Below are positions 41,831 to 55,699 of a stretch of DNA of 64,000 nt, in pieces. The notes under the pieces are model-generated. The model saw only the letters and a list, made by a program, of their open reading frames with translations. It was not told where the DNA came from and did no database searches. The translations under genes were made by a program, and so were the position numbers. The stretch comes from Octopus vulgaris (Eukaryota): contig OX597820.1 of assembly GCA_951406725.2 (NCBI GenBank), positions 69,440,001 through 69,504,000 of the forward strand, in the 5' to 3' direction. How positions within the stretch are numbered: position 1 is the first letter of the stretch; every line of letters begins with the position of its first letter.

Positions 41831-42915
41831 CACAAATTTTACAAGAAAATATAATTTAAGTTTAATGAAACGCTTTATAGGTACAATCTTCTAGTGATCT
41901 ATGATATCAAATAGAATATATTTTAAATTTAGAGGAAAGCGTTTTAATTTCATTTCACTAAATTATTATTTTGGTGCTAACTTATGAAGTAGAAAATTTT
42001 CGAAAACCAGACTAAGAATTACCAATTATTTACATTTCAATGAATAAGGTTTAAACAACAATTATATGGTTAAAACTATTTTTTCCTAGCTTTATATATA
42101 GCTTACATCATCAGCAACATATATTGTAAGTATTCTGAGATTCGGATTATTTACTTACAAACTGAATCAACAATAATTGCTTCTCCGGGAGTATATTACA
42201 ATCGATCCTTCTATAATTTCAATAGAAAATGATTAAAATAATAATAATAAAAAAAACAAGAAACAGACAATATTTAAGTATGAAAAAATAGATCATTAAA
42301 ATTAGTCAGAATACTGCAATTCCTTGAATCAAAATAAACAGTTGATAATAGAATTGAATTATCATCACGTAGATATTTACTTCAAATCTACCGATATCGT
42401 TTCGTTACCTGTCTAAGCAAGACATATTCTTCTGCGCGCTTAAAGTTCAACTAAACGTATAAATTCTTTTGAAATTTTAACAGCAGCAGGTTGATATGCC
42501 ATTTTGAAAACATTCATCTCAGAAAGAGATTTTAAGTGCTGGATCTAGTGGCTGTCTGCCGACTTCCCGCTCTCTAAATAACACGTGTCTATAGGGATGT
42601 GGCTGACATTGACTTAAATATCAACAAGAAAAAATAATAATTCACTCTGCTAGAAGTCAGCACTAAAGCATATATACGATTTTATTACGCGAATTAAAAA
42701 GGAGCTTAGATCTTTCATACAAGTAAATATTTTCCCTGGATGAGATGTTGCAATTCTCGAAATATTACGTGATAGATACGTTCAATTTACAGTTAATTCG
42801 ATAATGATTATGAATGTGATATCTAGTTGACTTGGTGGTTAGTTGACACAGGACCATGGTTAAACAAAGGGAGGTTTACACAAATATGTGAATGTGTGTA
42901 TTATTTCATTCACGA

Positions 42916-43190
42916 CAGCTCTTCAATATCTTTCCGAAGGACCTGAGAGACCAGTATGGGGTGGATGTAGGTGCCTTCAAAAGCAAGCTGGACCTCTTCC
43001 TGTCAGGTGTCCCAGATGAACCAACTTAGCGGCAGGAGGTGCAGATGAGGTTAGCTGCATCAAACTCTTATGCACCAAATGTCAATTGCTAAAAAGCATT
43101 CGTAAAGTAAAATTATGTAGCAACACCAAATGGTGGCGCCCCAGCATGGCTACAGCTCGTGAGCTAAAATGAGATGAAATAAAAAAAAAA
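42916..43190 (+). mobile_element. CR1-like LINE 3' end
   Basis: QLFNIFPKDLRDQYGVDVGAFKSKLDLFLSGVPDEP* resembles the CR1-group ORF2 C-terminus; 3'UTR ggtggcgccccagcatggctacagc followed by an A-rich tail. Confidence 0.8.
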
Positions 43191-43419
43191 ATTTAACGGA
43201 TATACTTACACATGTATATAGATAATATATAAAAAGTATACATGAGGATGGTAGTATTTTGTAGTCCGAGAAAGACAGGTCTGCGATTTCTTGCAGGACA
43301 TCTGGCGCAAATGATTTATTTATAGTGACTGAATGCGTGTGCAACACTTAGCTCTCCCCTTCTATCAAATCGAAGTTGGCGGGGCAGGTGCACGTTGTAC
43401 CACACCTCAAATGTAGAAA

Positions 43420-43540
43420 TGATCGCAAAGCAACGTGAGAAGAAGCGTTATATTCAAGAACACGATGCATCACGTCCTCTAAGAATCGAGACTACGGTCC
43501 CGTCTGCAGCACCGGAACCACTAGGTCAAACGCCCTTCCT
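43420..43540 (-). mobile_element. Degenerate group C SINE head
   Basis: gcaacgtgagaagaagcg...caagaacacg...aatcgagac...accactagg. Confidence 0.5.
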
Positions 43541-43696
43541 ATAAACCATAGGTAAATAATAATGAAATAGTGTACTTGAAAGTACGAGAGACCTTTCTCT
43601 GACTGACATTTCATGTCAGAGCGAAATAATTTAACATCGTTATGATGTGAGAGCACTGAGTAACGGAATAACGGGTTGGTAGAGTCTAATGTTGTG

Positions 43697-43992
43697 AAGG
43701 CGCGTGGCTTAGTGGTTAGGGCATTCAGCTCACTATCGCAAGGTTGTGAGTTCAATTCCCAGCAACGTGTTGTGTCCTTGAGCAAGACACTTTATTTCAC
43801 TTTGTTCCAGTTCACTCAGCTTCCAAAAGTGAGTAGTACCTGTATTGAAAATGGCTGGCGTTGTCACATTCTCTTACGATGAATGTCCCCGAATACTACA
43901 TTAAGGGTACATGTGTCTGTGGAGTGCTCACGTGCAGGCTGTTTCGTTGATCGGATCAATTGGAAATCTCGTCGTCGTAACAATCAGAGCAA
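43697..43992 (+). mobile_element. Group C CORE-like SINE
   Basis: A box tggcttagtggtt, B box gagttcaattcc, core gtgtccttgagcaagacacttt; tail shared with the 58200 copy. Confidence 0.88.
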
Positions 43993-44944
43993 GGATATAA
44001 TACATTAAAGAAATGATCTGAAAGATTGTATCATGCATCTCTATGGCCACGCGAAATTTTATCTAGTGCTAATATATATATATATATAATTTCTTCTATT
44101 AATTATTCTGTATGTTCTCTTATTTTTTTAAGTATCAAACTATTTCTGTTTTTGTTCCGATTAAGCTAAGAAAACTGTAAGCCTCTGTAGGTTTGGCTTT
44201 CTGATTCATTAAACGCATACACATTCTCAGTTGTAATATCAACAAGAAAAGTCTTACATATAATGGTAATTTCAATGAATGGTACATGCATTCTTACAAC
44301 TGTCATTTTTTCTTCAAAATATTGAGTTCATGCAAGATGTCTATGGAAAACAAACAGCAAATTTTTTACCCTGTCCTTTCCATCATAACAACATCCGATG
44401 TACTTCATAAAAGGCAGAAAGGAGGTCATATTCCTTTAAGTCCAAAAATTTCCTGTAAATGTTCAAACTTATTCGTTCAAAGCTGATTGACTATTGCATT
44501 GCGTATTTGTCTTCTTGGTAAGAAGCATTTCCAATGAAATAGAGATTCTTACCATTCTTTCTGTATTTAGACACAACGTATTGTCCAAAACCTTATCAAA
44601 TTTCATAAATTCAGCCAGTAAGAATTTATTCAAAATAAAAAAAAATGGTACAATAATCTGTGACTGTATAATTGTTTCCTATTTTGTATATATTTGTGTG
44701 TTATTTCCTATAAAACACTCGCAGAGTTATCTGCTCCTCGTCATATACTACCTGAACAGAAAAAAAGCGTAAGAAAACATTAAATTCATTACAACGAGTT
44801 AATTAATAGTTAATTCTTGTTTACATTATTATAAAATATCGATAACGACTCACCTGGCTTTTCCTCTTGTAACTATTAGTAATAATAATAGTAATAATAA
44901 TAATAATAACAATGATGATGATGATGATGATGACGACGACGATG

Positions 44945-45013
<69 letters not shown>

Positions 45014-45529
45014 GAGCCAAAGAACAACACTCGCTATCAAAGTAACACTGAGGTAGAAATTTACGCACCCCAATGTACCCATCACGATCCCCATCTAATG
45101 AGTGTACACCAGTTACATGCATCACAAATATATGTGCTCGATATGGTGGTTACTATCAAGATAAACAATGCATGACTTTGCATGAGTGGCCCAGTTTGAA
45201 TTTTCCTCAAGTCGAGTAGCCCATTTTACTCTAGACTCCTGAATAAGAATTGTTTAAGGATGATACACAAAACACCCATGCTTCCTGACTTGAATTATGC
45301 AAGCCCCAAATAATTCCTCTGAAGACCTAGCTATGTTGCTCACCCACTACTACAGCTCGTGATCAGAGATGCAAATTTCGTCAGGGAGATTACCAAAAAG
45401 TTAAAGCAGATCTGTGGTATTGAACAGAATATTTGCTGTAGCCCATCTTTTCCACCAAGACAGGACATGCACATGCTAACATTTCCAATCAGTTAAGATC
45501 ACATATGAGAACAACAGCCTAGTAGGGCA
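45014..45529 (-). mobile_element. Group D repeat, near full-length copy 2
   Basis: Same two ends as copy 1; (TTA)n on both sides on the + strand. Confidence 0.8.
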
Positions 45530-45550
45530 TTATTATTATTATTATTATCA

Positions 45551-46149
45551 TATGTTTGACTTTTGCTTTATATTTGTACAAGTTGGCTCCAAGTCTCACC
45601 CGGAGACCTCAAGAGACAACAGGTTGGAAGTTCACGTTGTTGTTATGTCTAGTATGCCATATATTTGGTTGTTTTTTGTGTTGTACTAGTGGATGTCTAA
45701 AAAAAAATGTTTGTTTTAAACCTTGAGATTACATAGAAAGTATTTTGCGTAGGATATGAGCAGTTCCCATGAGCACTATCTTTTGAATTTCTGCCATTTT
45801 TGGGTTTCCTGGTATCTGAGTTAGATAGCAATCAGCCCCTTTTGCTATCATTCCCAGGGCACCTATGACAACAGGTATTGTTTTAGTCTTCAGGTTCCAC
45901 ATTTTGCTGATTTCTATTTCAAGATCTTTATATTTGCTCAGTTTTTGGTAGGTCTTGACAGATACGTTTATATCGATTGGGACAGTCATATCAATGAGGA
46001 GGCATGTTCTTTGTTTGAAGTCTTTCAATATGATGTCTGGCCTATTTGCATCTATCTTTCTGTCAGTTTGAATGGTGAAGTTCCAGAGGAGTGAGATGTG
46101 GTTATTTTCAAGCACTGGGGGTGGTTTGTGTTCCCACCAGTTTTTTCAT

Positions 46150-46150
<1 letters not shown>
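45551..46150 (-). mobile_element. R4/Dong-type non-LTR retrotransposon, 5'-truncated 3' end (RLE endonuclease + 3'UTR)
   Basis: ORF 45729-46115: LLWNFTIQTDRKIDANRPDIILKD...LLIDMTVP...KLSKYKDL...IPVVIGALG...GTAHILRKIL, a PD..D-type RLE; (TAA)n on both sides in element sense. Confidence 0.9.
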
Positions 46151-46211
<61 letters not shown>

Positions 46212-46218
46212 GTTATTA

Positions 46219-46306
<88 letters not shown>

Positions 46307-46329
46307 AGTTGCTATCAGCCTAGTGGCTG

Positions 46330-48200
46330 TAATAATGATAATAATTTTCTCAACAGATGAGCTGTCGATGTTAGTGAAATCTTTTGGACAACGTGTATAG
46401 TTGATTTTTCCAGTTAGTTTATGAAAGAATATTGATATCCCATTTAAACCGTGTCTAGTACTCCTACAACTACCGATAGAATAACAATCTTCAGTTCCCA
46501 CATTCTGCTGAATTCTATCTCTAGGTTCTTGTATTTAGCTAACTTTTCGAATTCTTTGACTGTGATATCTCGATCTGCTACTACAGTCATATCTATTTGA
46601 TAGCAGGCATTTTATGGTTTATCTTTTATCATTTGCATCTAAGTTTAGTTAGCTTTTATACCTCTATACCTCTTTAATGGCAGAAATATTTTGCTCCCTT
46701 TGTGTTGATTTACAAGCTGTACCAATCCTAACCCGGGCGTAGTTAGTCTGGATGTATGAATTAAACCGTGCTGTGGTGGTCTTGTCGGTTAATTCTAACG
46801 GGAAAAGGCTTCTACCAACCGCTCTTCGGGGAACGTAGATTGTATGAATAACAGCTTTTAGATTATGCATCTTACTTGCTGTCATTAGTTTTCTCATTTT
46901 TATATCCATTCATTGGAGTTTATTTATATTCCAGTTTAATTATATTATAACCGTACCACTGAAACAGCAAGCGAATTAATGGCTTGAATCCCCTTCGTTC
47001 TATTTTTGGAATTTAGATCTATTTTCATGCTCAGTCTTATGCCCCTATAATATTCTTTCCTGACTTATTTTTTCATCGCACTGTGTTGGATCCCTTTCCT
47101 TTTATATATTCCCAGATATTTCTATGCTCCATTTTGGTTTAATTCTTTGATGATAGTGTTGTTATTTAGCGTTAAAGACAACGTAGAAAAATGAGTTTTC
47201 TTGTTCAAATGTTGCTTCGTCTCACTTACCTAAACCCAGTTCCGTGCTAATGTTGTCACTAAAAGGAAGGCGGCAGCCAGGCAGAATGGTTACCGTGCTG
47301 GAAATATGCTTAGCGGCAATTCTTCTAACTTAACGTCGTAAGTTCAAATTTTGCCGAAGTCAAATTTGACTTTCATCTCTTTGGGATCTATAGAATAAGT
47401 AGTAGTTGAGTACTGAGCTCGATGAAATCGGCTTAAGCTCACCTAAAAATTGCTGGCAAAATTTGAAATCAATATTATACTAAAACTTTTCACGGTTTTA
47501 AGCAAACCTTCCAGATAATTTTTTTGTTTGCATATAGTTTGAGCTCAACCATATAAAAAAGGTTTTAGTTGGTTTTATCAAAGATATTGTATTCATATTG
47601 TGTATGGTTCAGCTCATGTGACAGAGGTATGAGGGATAAGCCAAAAAAGTAATGGGGGCACTGAGTCTCCTTGGCATATACCTCGGTTAATCTTTATACA
47701 CCTTCGGATACCACACGGTGATCTACCCCAGTTACACTAAGGTTTCCTATCTGTTGATTATTGATAAAATTCGTATATTTCCCCAGATATGGAAGTCTGC
47801 ACTTTGACGTCTTAGTAGAGACTTTCTCTCACTTGGATTAGACACGATTGCCAAAGACTGTCATTAATGTTTCCTCTTAACGACCACTGCATTCGAATAG
47901 TCTGATGGTCTCTGCTAGAAAGATTGGGGTTTGATGCAGCAAGCAAGCATCCTTCGGAGTCCACATTGAATCGTATGCTTTTCAGTTAATGCTGCATCTT
48001 TTCCCTTTCGATTCCCAACAAGCACAGTTTCTTTTTCTTCAGATATTGCCCATATAGGGTGTTTCCTTGTCACCCCTTAAACATAGAATTCTATAGCGCT
48101 ATTTTTTAGATTTCCCTCCTTTTCACAATTTCATTGCACTTAACATCTCTGCTCACAACTATCTTGTCATTCCCACTTTTGAGTTAGCACTTATTCATAT
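46330..48200 (-). mobile_element. Older degraded R4/Dong-type LINE (RT, thumb, RLE remnants)
   Basis: Minus-strand remnants KAYDS (~47970), RGICQGDSVPPLLF (~47645-47685), FYMVELKLYA (~47530-47560), KYLG (~47115), IYVPRRAVGRSL (~46810-46845), IDMTVVAD...KLAKYKNLEIE...MW (~46500-46600); many stops and frameshifts. Confidence 0.8.
47266..47472 (+). mobile_element. Group B SINE inserted in the old Dong-type LINE
   Basis: aaggcggcagccaggcagaatgg...agttcaaatt...aaaattgctggcaaaatttgaaa. Confidence 0.8.
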
Positions 48201-48688
48201 TCAGATAACTGCTTACATTTGTTTTTATCTGTACTTTGCAGCACCATATATTAACTCACAGTTATTCTTCGCAGAGTATTTTCCTCATCTAATAGCAGTT
48301 ATGTTGTAATAGTTTTCTCGTTGCATACAAGCCCTACTTCATTAAATACATAAATCAAATTTATAACTCTAATTTTGGTGGTGTATTTTAAATACAGTCA
48401 CTCCTGATTTTCTGCCTTGTCTTGCCTATGCATTTAGAATCTAAGAATATTATAGCTGCACTATGACAACTACTACCGCATTTTGTTTGTTTTTTAGTCT
48501 ATCTTAAGTCTTAATCTAAAGCATCAATAATATTTCTTTCTTACTCGTTCTATAATTTCTACATTTTAATCTGCGTAATACATTAATTCCTAAGAATTTA
48601 CAAGTTTGTGTTGATCTAATTCTATATCTACATTTCTTTACATAGCAAGATATTAGTGTTCTTAATTAAAATGCCCCTCTTCAAGAGT

Positions 48689-48751
<63 letters not shown>

Positions 48752-48967
48752 TTTCTACAGCTGTGCAACCACTCAATTATTTTATATGAAGAAAATGGTC
48801 TTCTGAGCACGACAGCAGCTAAACATCGTAGCTTTGGCATTCTAGTACAAATGGAAAACTTTAAGGTTAAAAAAAAATATTTCAAAATTTTAGAGTTCTT
48901 TATGTAAAACATTTCTCTTATTTTTCCCTGCTTCTACAACAACATCAATATCAGCTGCTGCAGCAGA

Positions 48968-49075
48968 AACAACAACAACAACAGCAACAACAACAACAAC
49001 AACAACAACAACTACTACTACTACTACTAAAAAATAATAATAATAATAGTAGTTGTAGTAATCGTAGTAGTAGTA

Positions 49076-49136
<61 letters not shown>

Positions 49137-49187
49137 TAATAATAATAATAATGATAATACTAATAATAATAATAATAATGATAATAA
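48968..49187. repeat. Compound (CAA/CTA/TAG/TAA)n microsatellite
   Basis: Directly visible. Confidence 0.95.
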
Positions 49188-49879
49188 CCAGAACTGAAAA
49201 CATGTTTCTCTCACAATTCAATGAATTTTATTAATAAGAAACTGAATAAGGTATCAAAAGTTTCTCTCCATTTTTAATCTATTTGAATTATTTTTGTTTG
49301 ATTTGATTAGTGGTACGTCGCTAAACTGAGAGGAAAAGTCTCATTTTCAACAGACAGAGACATATTTAGAACTTTTTGCACAAAGATATGAAGATAAAGA
49401 ATTACTAGAACGTAAAAGAGTTCAGAATAAGAATGGTCAGACATTTAAATAATATTATGTAACTTTCATTCTCCTCAAATTTTATATTTCGTTAAATATA
49501 TTTTAGTATTTTATAAATATAGTAATTTCATTGAAAGGTTAGTGGATATGGCTGTTAAAAGTAAATCAAGTTTTCACTCAACAAAAGTTATCCTATGTCT
49601 TTGAAGATGCCTTATGTGGATTATTAATATAACAGCGAAATCAATTCCAAATATACAATCTAAAACATATTTTTAACAAAGGGAGAAGACATTGAACCAT
49701 ATAACCCTAGGATATGCAAAAATATATAATCGGGAGGTTCATGTTTGAAACGTATTTGATCATACATCAACCGGATCAAGATTCAGCTGGAAACAAGTGA
49801 CGACAACAACAACAACAACAACAATAAAAAAAAAACAGGAAAACAATAGCAAAACAATACGTATACTTATTCATCTTTA

Positions 49880-50078
49880 AATTGTTTCAGTCATTTGACC
49901 ACAGCAATGTTGGAGCATCACCGTGAAGAGTTGGCTTTTTAAAGACTGGTACTTATTATTTATTCTATCGGTCTCTTTTTGCCGAACCGTTAAGTTTCTG
50001 GTACGTAAACTAACCTTTACCGGTTGTTAAGCGATGGTGGGTCACATGTACGATCACAAAAGACGCACAACACAGTTT

Positions 50079-50143
<65 letters not shown>

Positions 50144-50273
50144 CGATGGGCTGCTTTTAGCAAGGCTTTCGTCAGTCCAGGCCTATCGTAGAAGACGTTT
50201 GTCCAAGGTTCAACACATCGGGCCTGAACCTGGAATCATGGGGCTGGGAAACAAACTTCTTACAACATAGCTA
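49880..50273 (-). mobile_element. Diverged group A SINE
   Basis: tgtttcagtcatttgacc...tattctatcggtctctttttgccgaaccg...(TA)n...gtagaagacgtttgtccaagg...gaacctggaatcatg. Confidence 0.82.
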
Positions 50274-50854
50274 AATATTTATGGCTCTTTTCTTTTACTC
50301 ACACTTACAGAATTTTAAAGACTCTCTATGCGTTTACCATCTCTTGTATCAATGACTTAGCCCCAGCATGGCCCCCGCCTCTGGCAGAAAGAAGCAAAAG
50401 TATTCTGTAATCGGAACAACTTTGACTTAGATTTACTTAAAGTCAACAAAACCCAGCGAGATAGATTCTTATTTGATTGTTTAATCCGATGGAAATATCT
50501 GTACATTTTCAGTCATTTCATGATCTTAAAATTGTAACGAAACGTTGATCAATGCAGATGTACACACATAAATATAAATGCGCGCGCACACACAAATACA
50601 AACACGCACGAAGAAAAACTGGTCAACACTACAAATTGTCTTATAATTCTGCCCAAGGCAAGATGTTGGTATTCAACAAAGCGATGGGTTAAGTCTACCA
50701 ACCAAACTGCTGCAGAGGGTTTGGAACCCAGAAAACAAATATGAAGAATAGATACTGCAAGGAATGTTATACGACATTCTAAAGATTCCACTTAACATAC
50801 CACCCTACAGGTGTAAAATGCATTCATCAGGGATCTAAAATAAATACCACGCGG

Positions 50855-51023
50855 AAATTTGACCGAAGCCCTATCGACTATTCTTATTTGATTCAGGATA
50901 AAATTTGACCTAACGACTATTCTTATTTGATACAGGATAAAATTTGACCTAACGACTATTCTTATTTGATACAGGACAAAATTTGACCTAACGACTATTC
51001 TAAGTTGATACAGGATGAAATTC
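50855..51023. repeat. 39-bp minisatellite, ~4 copies
   Basis: Unit cgactattcttatttgatacaggataaaatttgacctaa starts at 50875, 50914, 50953 and 50992. Confidence 0.95.
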
Positions 51024-51981
51024 GGTTAAATATTATGAAACACCAATAATGTCGATTATCAAGATTTTTACAAGGTTATACATTTTCATGGGCAAGCATA
51101 ATCAGTTTCTTTGACTGGGATACACGACTGCAACTTAGGATTGACTATATGGGAAGGATTAAAAGGATAGAATAGAACTATTTAACTAAATACTTCATTA
51201 ATCGATTGGGGCATAGGTTTGTCAGACAGAAAGTGACGCTTAATGTGAATAAAACTCTTCTGATAGTATCGTGTGTAACAATAACGGAACATTGCAAACA
51301 GTAAAACACCTGCCGCGTTGTCTTTATTTCCAAGAACTATGTGCTAATGCCGATTATGCAATGTAGAATGGAAATGCAGAGGAATGTAGTAATTTTCATC
51401 ATAAGATAATTAACTTTGTGAAAAATACACTTGAAAACGTTCAATTAAGTGAGTTGTAGAGAGTAGGCGAGAATTTATTTCAGTATATCTATTTAGCTTT
51501 CCGAGATCACAGTTCAGATATCGTTGAGGTCAACGTTGCGTTTTATCCTTAGAGGGTTGAAAAGAAGCACTAATCAAATTGTGGAGTCGTCACCCGCACA
51601 AATATGCATACTCGCATGCATTTCTTTTTCAGTTTCACTCGAAATTGACCAGGTTACTGTGTGAGATAGTAACGAAACTGAGAATTTCTTTTACCGAAAG
51701 TAGAGAACAGTTGAGCGAATGCCGGGAAAATGGTTCTCTTAGTAAAAATGATACACTATGGGAATCGATTCACAACGGACGGGCATGCAGCATACGAGAA
51801 AACAAAAAGTGGGTACCAGTGACACCTGGCTCGTTGTTGCTGGAGGTGGTGGTGGAGTTTATACTACAACAGAGCGCCGTCTCATTTCGAGAATAATTTT
51901 ATAATCTTAGTTGCTTAAACGGCACGGAAACCAGGTAACAACACTGTATAATGGCCCTGTAGGCTTATCCGAAAAGCGATA

Positions 51982-52985
<1,004 letters not shown>

Positions 52986-53009
52986 AATAATAATAATAAT
53001 GATAATGGC

Positions 53010-53216
53010 TTAAAATTTTGGCACAAGGCCAGCAATTTAGGACAAGAGAGTAAGTCGATTACATCGACCTGTGTGCTCAAATGGTACTTATTTTATCGAT
53101 CCTTAAAGGATATAAGGCAAATTCGGCCTCAGCAGAAAATGAACTCAGAACATAAAGACGGACGGAAGACCGCTAAGCATTTTGGCCGGCACGGTAACGG
53201 TTTTGTCAGCTCGCAG
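53010..53216 (-). mobile_element. Group B SINE
   Basis: aaattttggcacaaggccagcaattt...ggtacttattttatcgatcc...gaactcagaac...ccgctaagcattt...tgtcagctcgc. Confidence 0.85.
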
Positions 53217-53235
53217 CATTTATTATTACTATTAC

Positions 53236-53552
53236 TGAGAGCAGTGCATGTCATCAAAATGAAACTGTGGTACAAATATACGAAGCTCAATATACCTATT
53301 GTGACTACCCTTGTGATAATGGTACCCCGGATAGAAGCATCACAACCACATTGCGTGGCATGTTGAGCATATATCAAGATCAACAGAGCATGACATTGCA
53401 GATGGGGTTGAGTTAGATTTTCTTCAGGTTGAATAGCTAATCTCACTGAAAAGTTTTGTTTAAGGATGACTGAAACACCCATATTCCTAGGGGTGAATTA
53501 TTCAAACCTCTAAAGGTCGCTCTCAACATCTGGTTATGATGTTCCCCCACTA
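53236..53552 (-). mobile_element. Group D repeat, truncated copy 3
   Basis: Keeps the gagagcagtgcatg end next to tattattactatta; stops at gttcccccacta. Confidence 0.8.
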
Positions 53553-53635
53553 ATCATAGACTGTTATGTTTGACACTCTTAGTTCCACATCTTGTTTTCA
53601 TTCTTCTTCTTCTTCTTCTTCTTCTTCTTCTTCTT

Positions 53636-53707
<72 letters not shown>

Positions 53708-53726
53708 ACTACAAGTAGTAGTATTA

Positions 53727-53930
53727 AGGCGGCCAGCTACCAGAATCGTTAGCACACCAGGCTAGCGGTATTTCCTCTGTCTCCGTGTTTGAGTTCAAGT
53801 TGGCCGAGGTCATCTTTACCTGTCATCCTTTCAGGATCGATAAATCAAGTACCAATTACACACTGGGGTCGATGTAATCGATTGATCCCCTCCCCCAAAT
53901 TTTCAGGCCTTGTGCCTATAGTAGAACGGA
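53727..53930 (+). mobile_element. Group B SINE
   Basis: aaggcggccagctaccagaatcgttagc...tcatcctttcaggatcgataaatcaagtacc...ggccttgtgcctatagtagaa. Confidence 0.85.
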
Positions 53931-53946
53931 TTCTTATTATTATTAC

Positions 53947-54317
53947 TGCGTGGCAGGGAAGTGCATCCCAGCAAAGTGACTCTGAGGTACAAGTATACGA
54001 AACCCGATACACCCATCCTGACTACCCTCCTGATAGGAGTACACTAGGCACATGCATTACAATGATATCAAGATAAACAGTGCATGACCTTGCAGATGGT
54101 GCCCAGTTAGTTAGAATTTTCTTCAGGTCCGGTAGCCCATCCACGACAGTATACCCATCATGACTACAATATGTGCGCGACATAGTGACCTCATATCAAA
54201 ATAAACAGCACAGGACCTTGCAGGTGGGGGTGCAGCTAGAATTTTCTTCAGGTCGATTGGAAGTGTTATCATGTACATTGTTTAGTCTTTGTATAAAAGA
54301 TGGTCTACAGCAAATAT
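53947..54317 (-). mobile_element. Group D repeat, rearranged copy 4 (internal duplication plus inverted distal segment)
   Basis: 53947-54143 collinear; ~54147-54255 repeats an internal part; 54255-54317 is the reverse complement of ~33586-33648. Confidence 0.8.
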
Positions 54318-54411
54318 GAAATAAGATTTGAGCATCAGCAGGAAATTCATACTTTCATTTTCAAGCAGTAGTATTGATAGTAAAATTCCTGATATATATG
54401 TGTATATATAT

Positions 54412-54499
<88 letters not shown>

Positions 54500-54507
54500 A
54501 TACACAT

Positions 54508-54541
<34 letters not shown>

Positions 54542-55217
54542 GAATATAAACGTCTCTCTCTCTCTCTCTCTATATATATATACGTATATATATATGCATA
54601 TATATATACAAATGTGTATTAATGTATGTATATCTATGAATATATATGTATATATGTATATATATATATATATAGACACATTAATATATATATGTATATA
54701 TACATATATATACATATATATAGAAATATATATATACATATATATATCTGAGATTTTCTATTTCTTCTTTATATTTAATAACACTGATCAAGACATTCCA
54801 TAAAAGTCCTTTAATGAAATTAAAATACTAAAATTGATTTCTTTGAATGTTTATATTTTTTCCATTAATTCAATTTTATTTCAATGGTATTCAAAGAATT
54901 AAGAAAATACGTTATGAGATAAAGAAATTATATTTTATAACAGAACGCTTGTATGAAGATAAGAAATTTCTGTAAAATTTCACAGATGACACAGAAATTT
55001 CGACATCTTAATAATAACGAAGAAATGAAGGAGCTCTTATTGGGTGCTCATTCTGCCAGACAGAGCAGCTAATGTTACCTTACACAACGTCTTGTTATTA
55101 TCAGAAAGAAAAGGTTTTATTAGATTGTATTGACCTAATTAGAGCATGTTGAAGGAATGTGAGAATATGATAGATGGAACACCTTAAATAATTGGTCTAC
55201 TGTCTGCCGAGCAGAAT

Positions 55218-55461
55218 TTGGATAACTTTCTGATAAGAAAAAAATTAATTCCGACGATGCTGTAAAACAGGCCTTCCAAGATTTTATTGAATCTAGATTG
55301 CTAGGCTTTTACAGTTCCGGGCTGGACAAACTATCGCTGAAATAGCAAAAGAGTATTAACAATATGGGTGCATATTTTGATGAATAAAACTATTTCTTGT
55401 ATTTATAAAAAATTAGCAAACTTTTTTCTTTTCTACAAATTTTATACTTAGCGACCTAATA
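55218..55461 (+). mobile_element. Mariner transposon 3' remnant
   Basis: LDNFL..NSDDAVKQAFQDFIESRLLGFYSSGLDKLSLK*QKSINNMGAYFDE* matches the mariner transposase C-terminus; TIR-like tacttagcgacctaata followed by TA. Confidence 0.8.
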
Positions 55462-55481
55462 TATAAATGTATAATGTTTGA

Positions 55482-55605
55482 TGTCTGTGTCTTTGAGTCA
55501 GTGTTTCTCCTACCTACCGCTTGACAACCGGTGTTGGTGTGATTACGGCTCGTAACTAAGCGGTTCGGTAAAAGTGACCGATAAAATATGTACTAGGCCT
55601 AAAAA
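55482..55605 (+). mobile_element. Group A SINE internal fragment
   Basis: cgcttgacaaccggtgttggtgtg...gcggttcggtaaaagtgaccgataaaata. Confidence 0.75.
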
Positions 55606-55699
55606 CGATAGTTGTGTTACATATAGTTTGTTCGCTCTTGTTGACATTATTGCTATTTATTTGTGCTAGAATTTTGCTGTTATATACAAGTAGTTTAAT

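Noticed and set aside
45729-46115. Intact 128-aa ORF as a host or domesticated nuclease gene
   Set aside because: It is the end of a 5'-truncated LINE with its 3'UTR, lacks a true ATG start, and is bounded by microsatellite.
50855-51023. Regular repeats as a CRISPR array
   Set aside because: No unique spacers, eukaryotic context, no cas genes.
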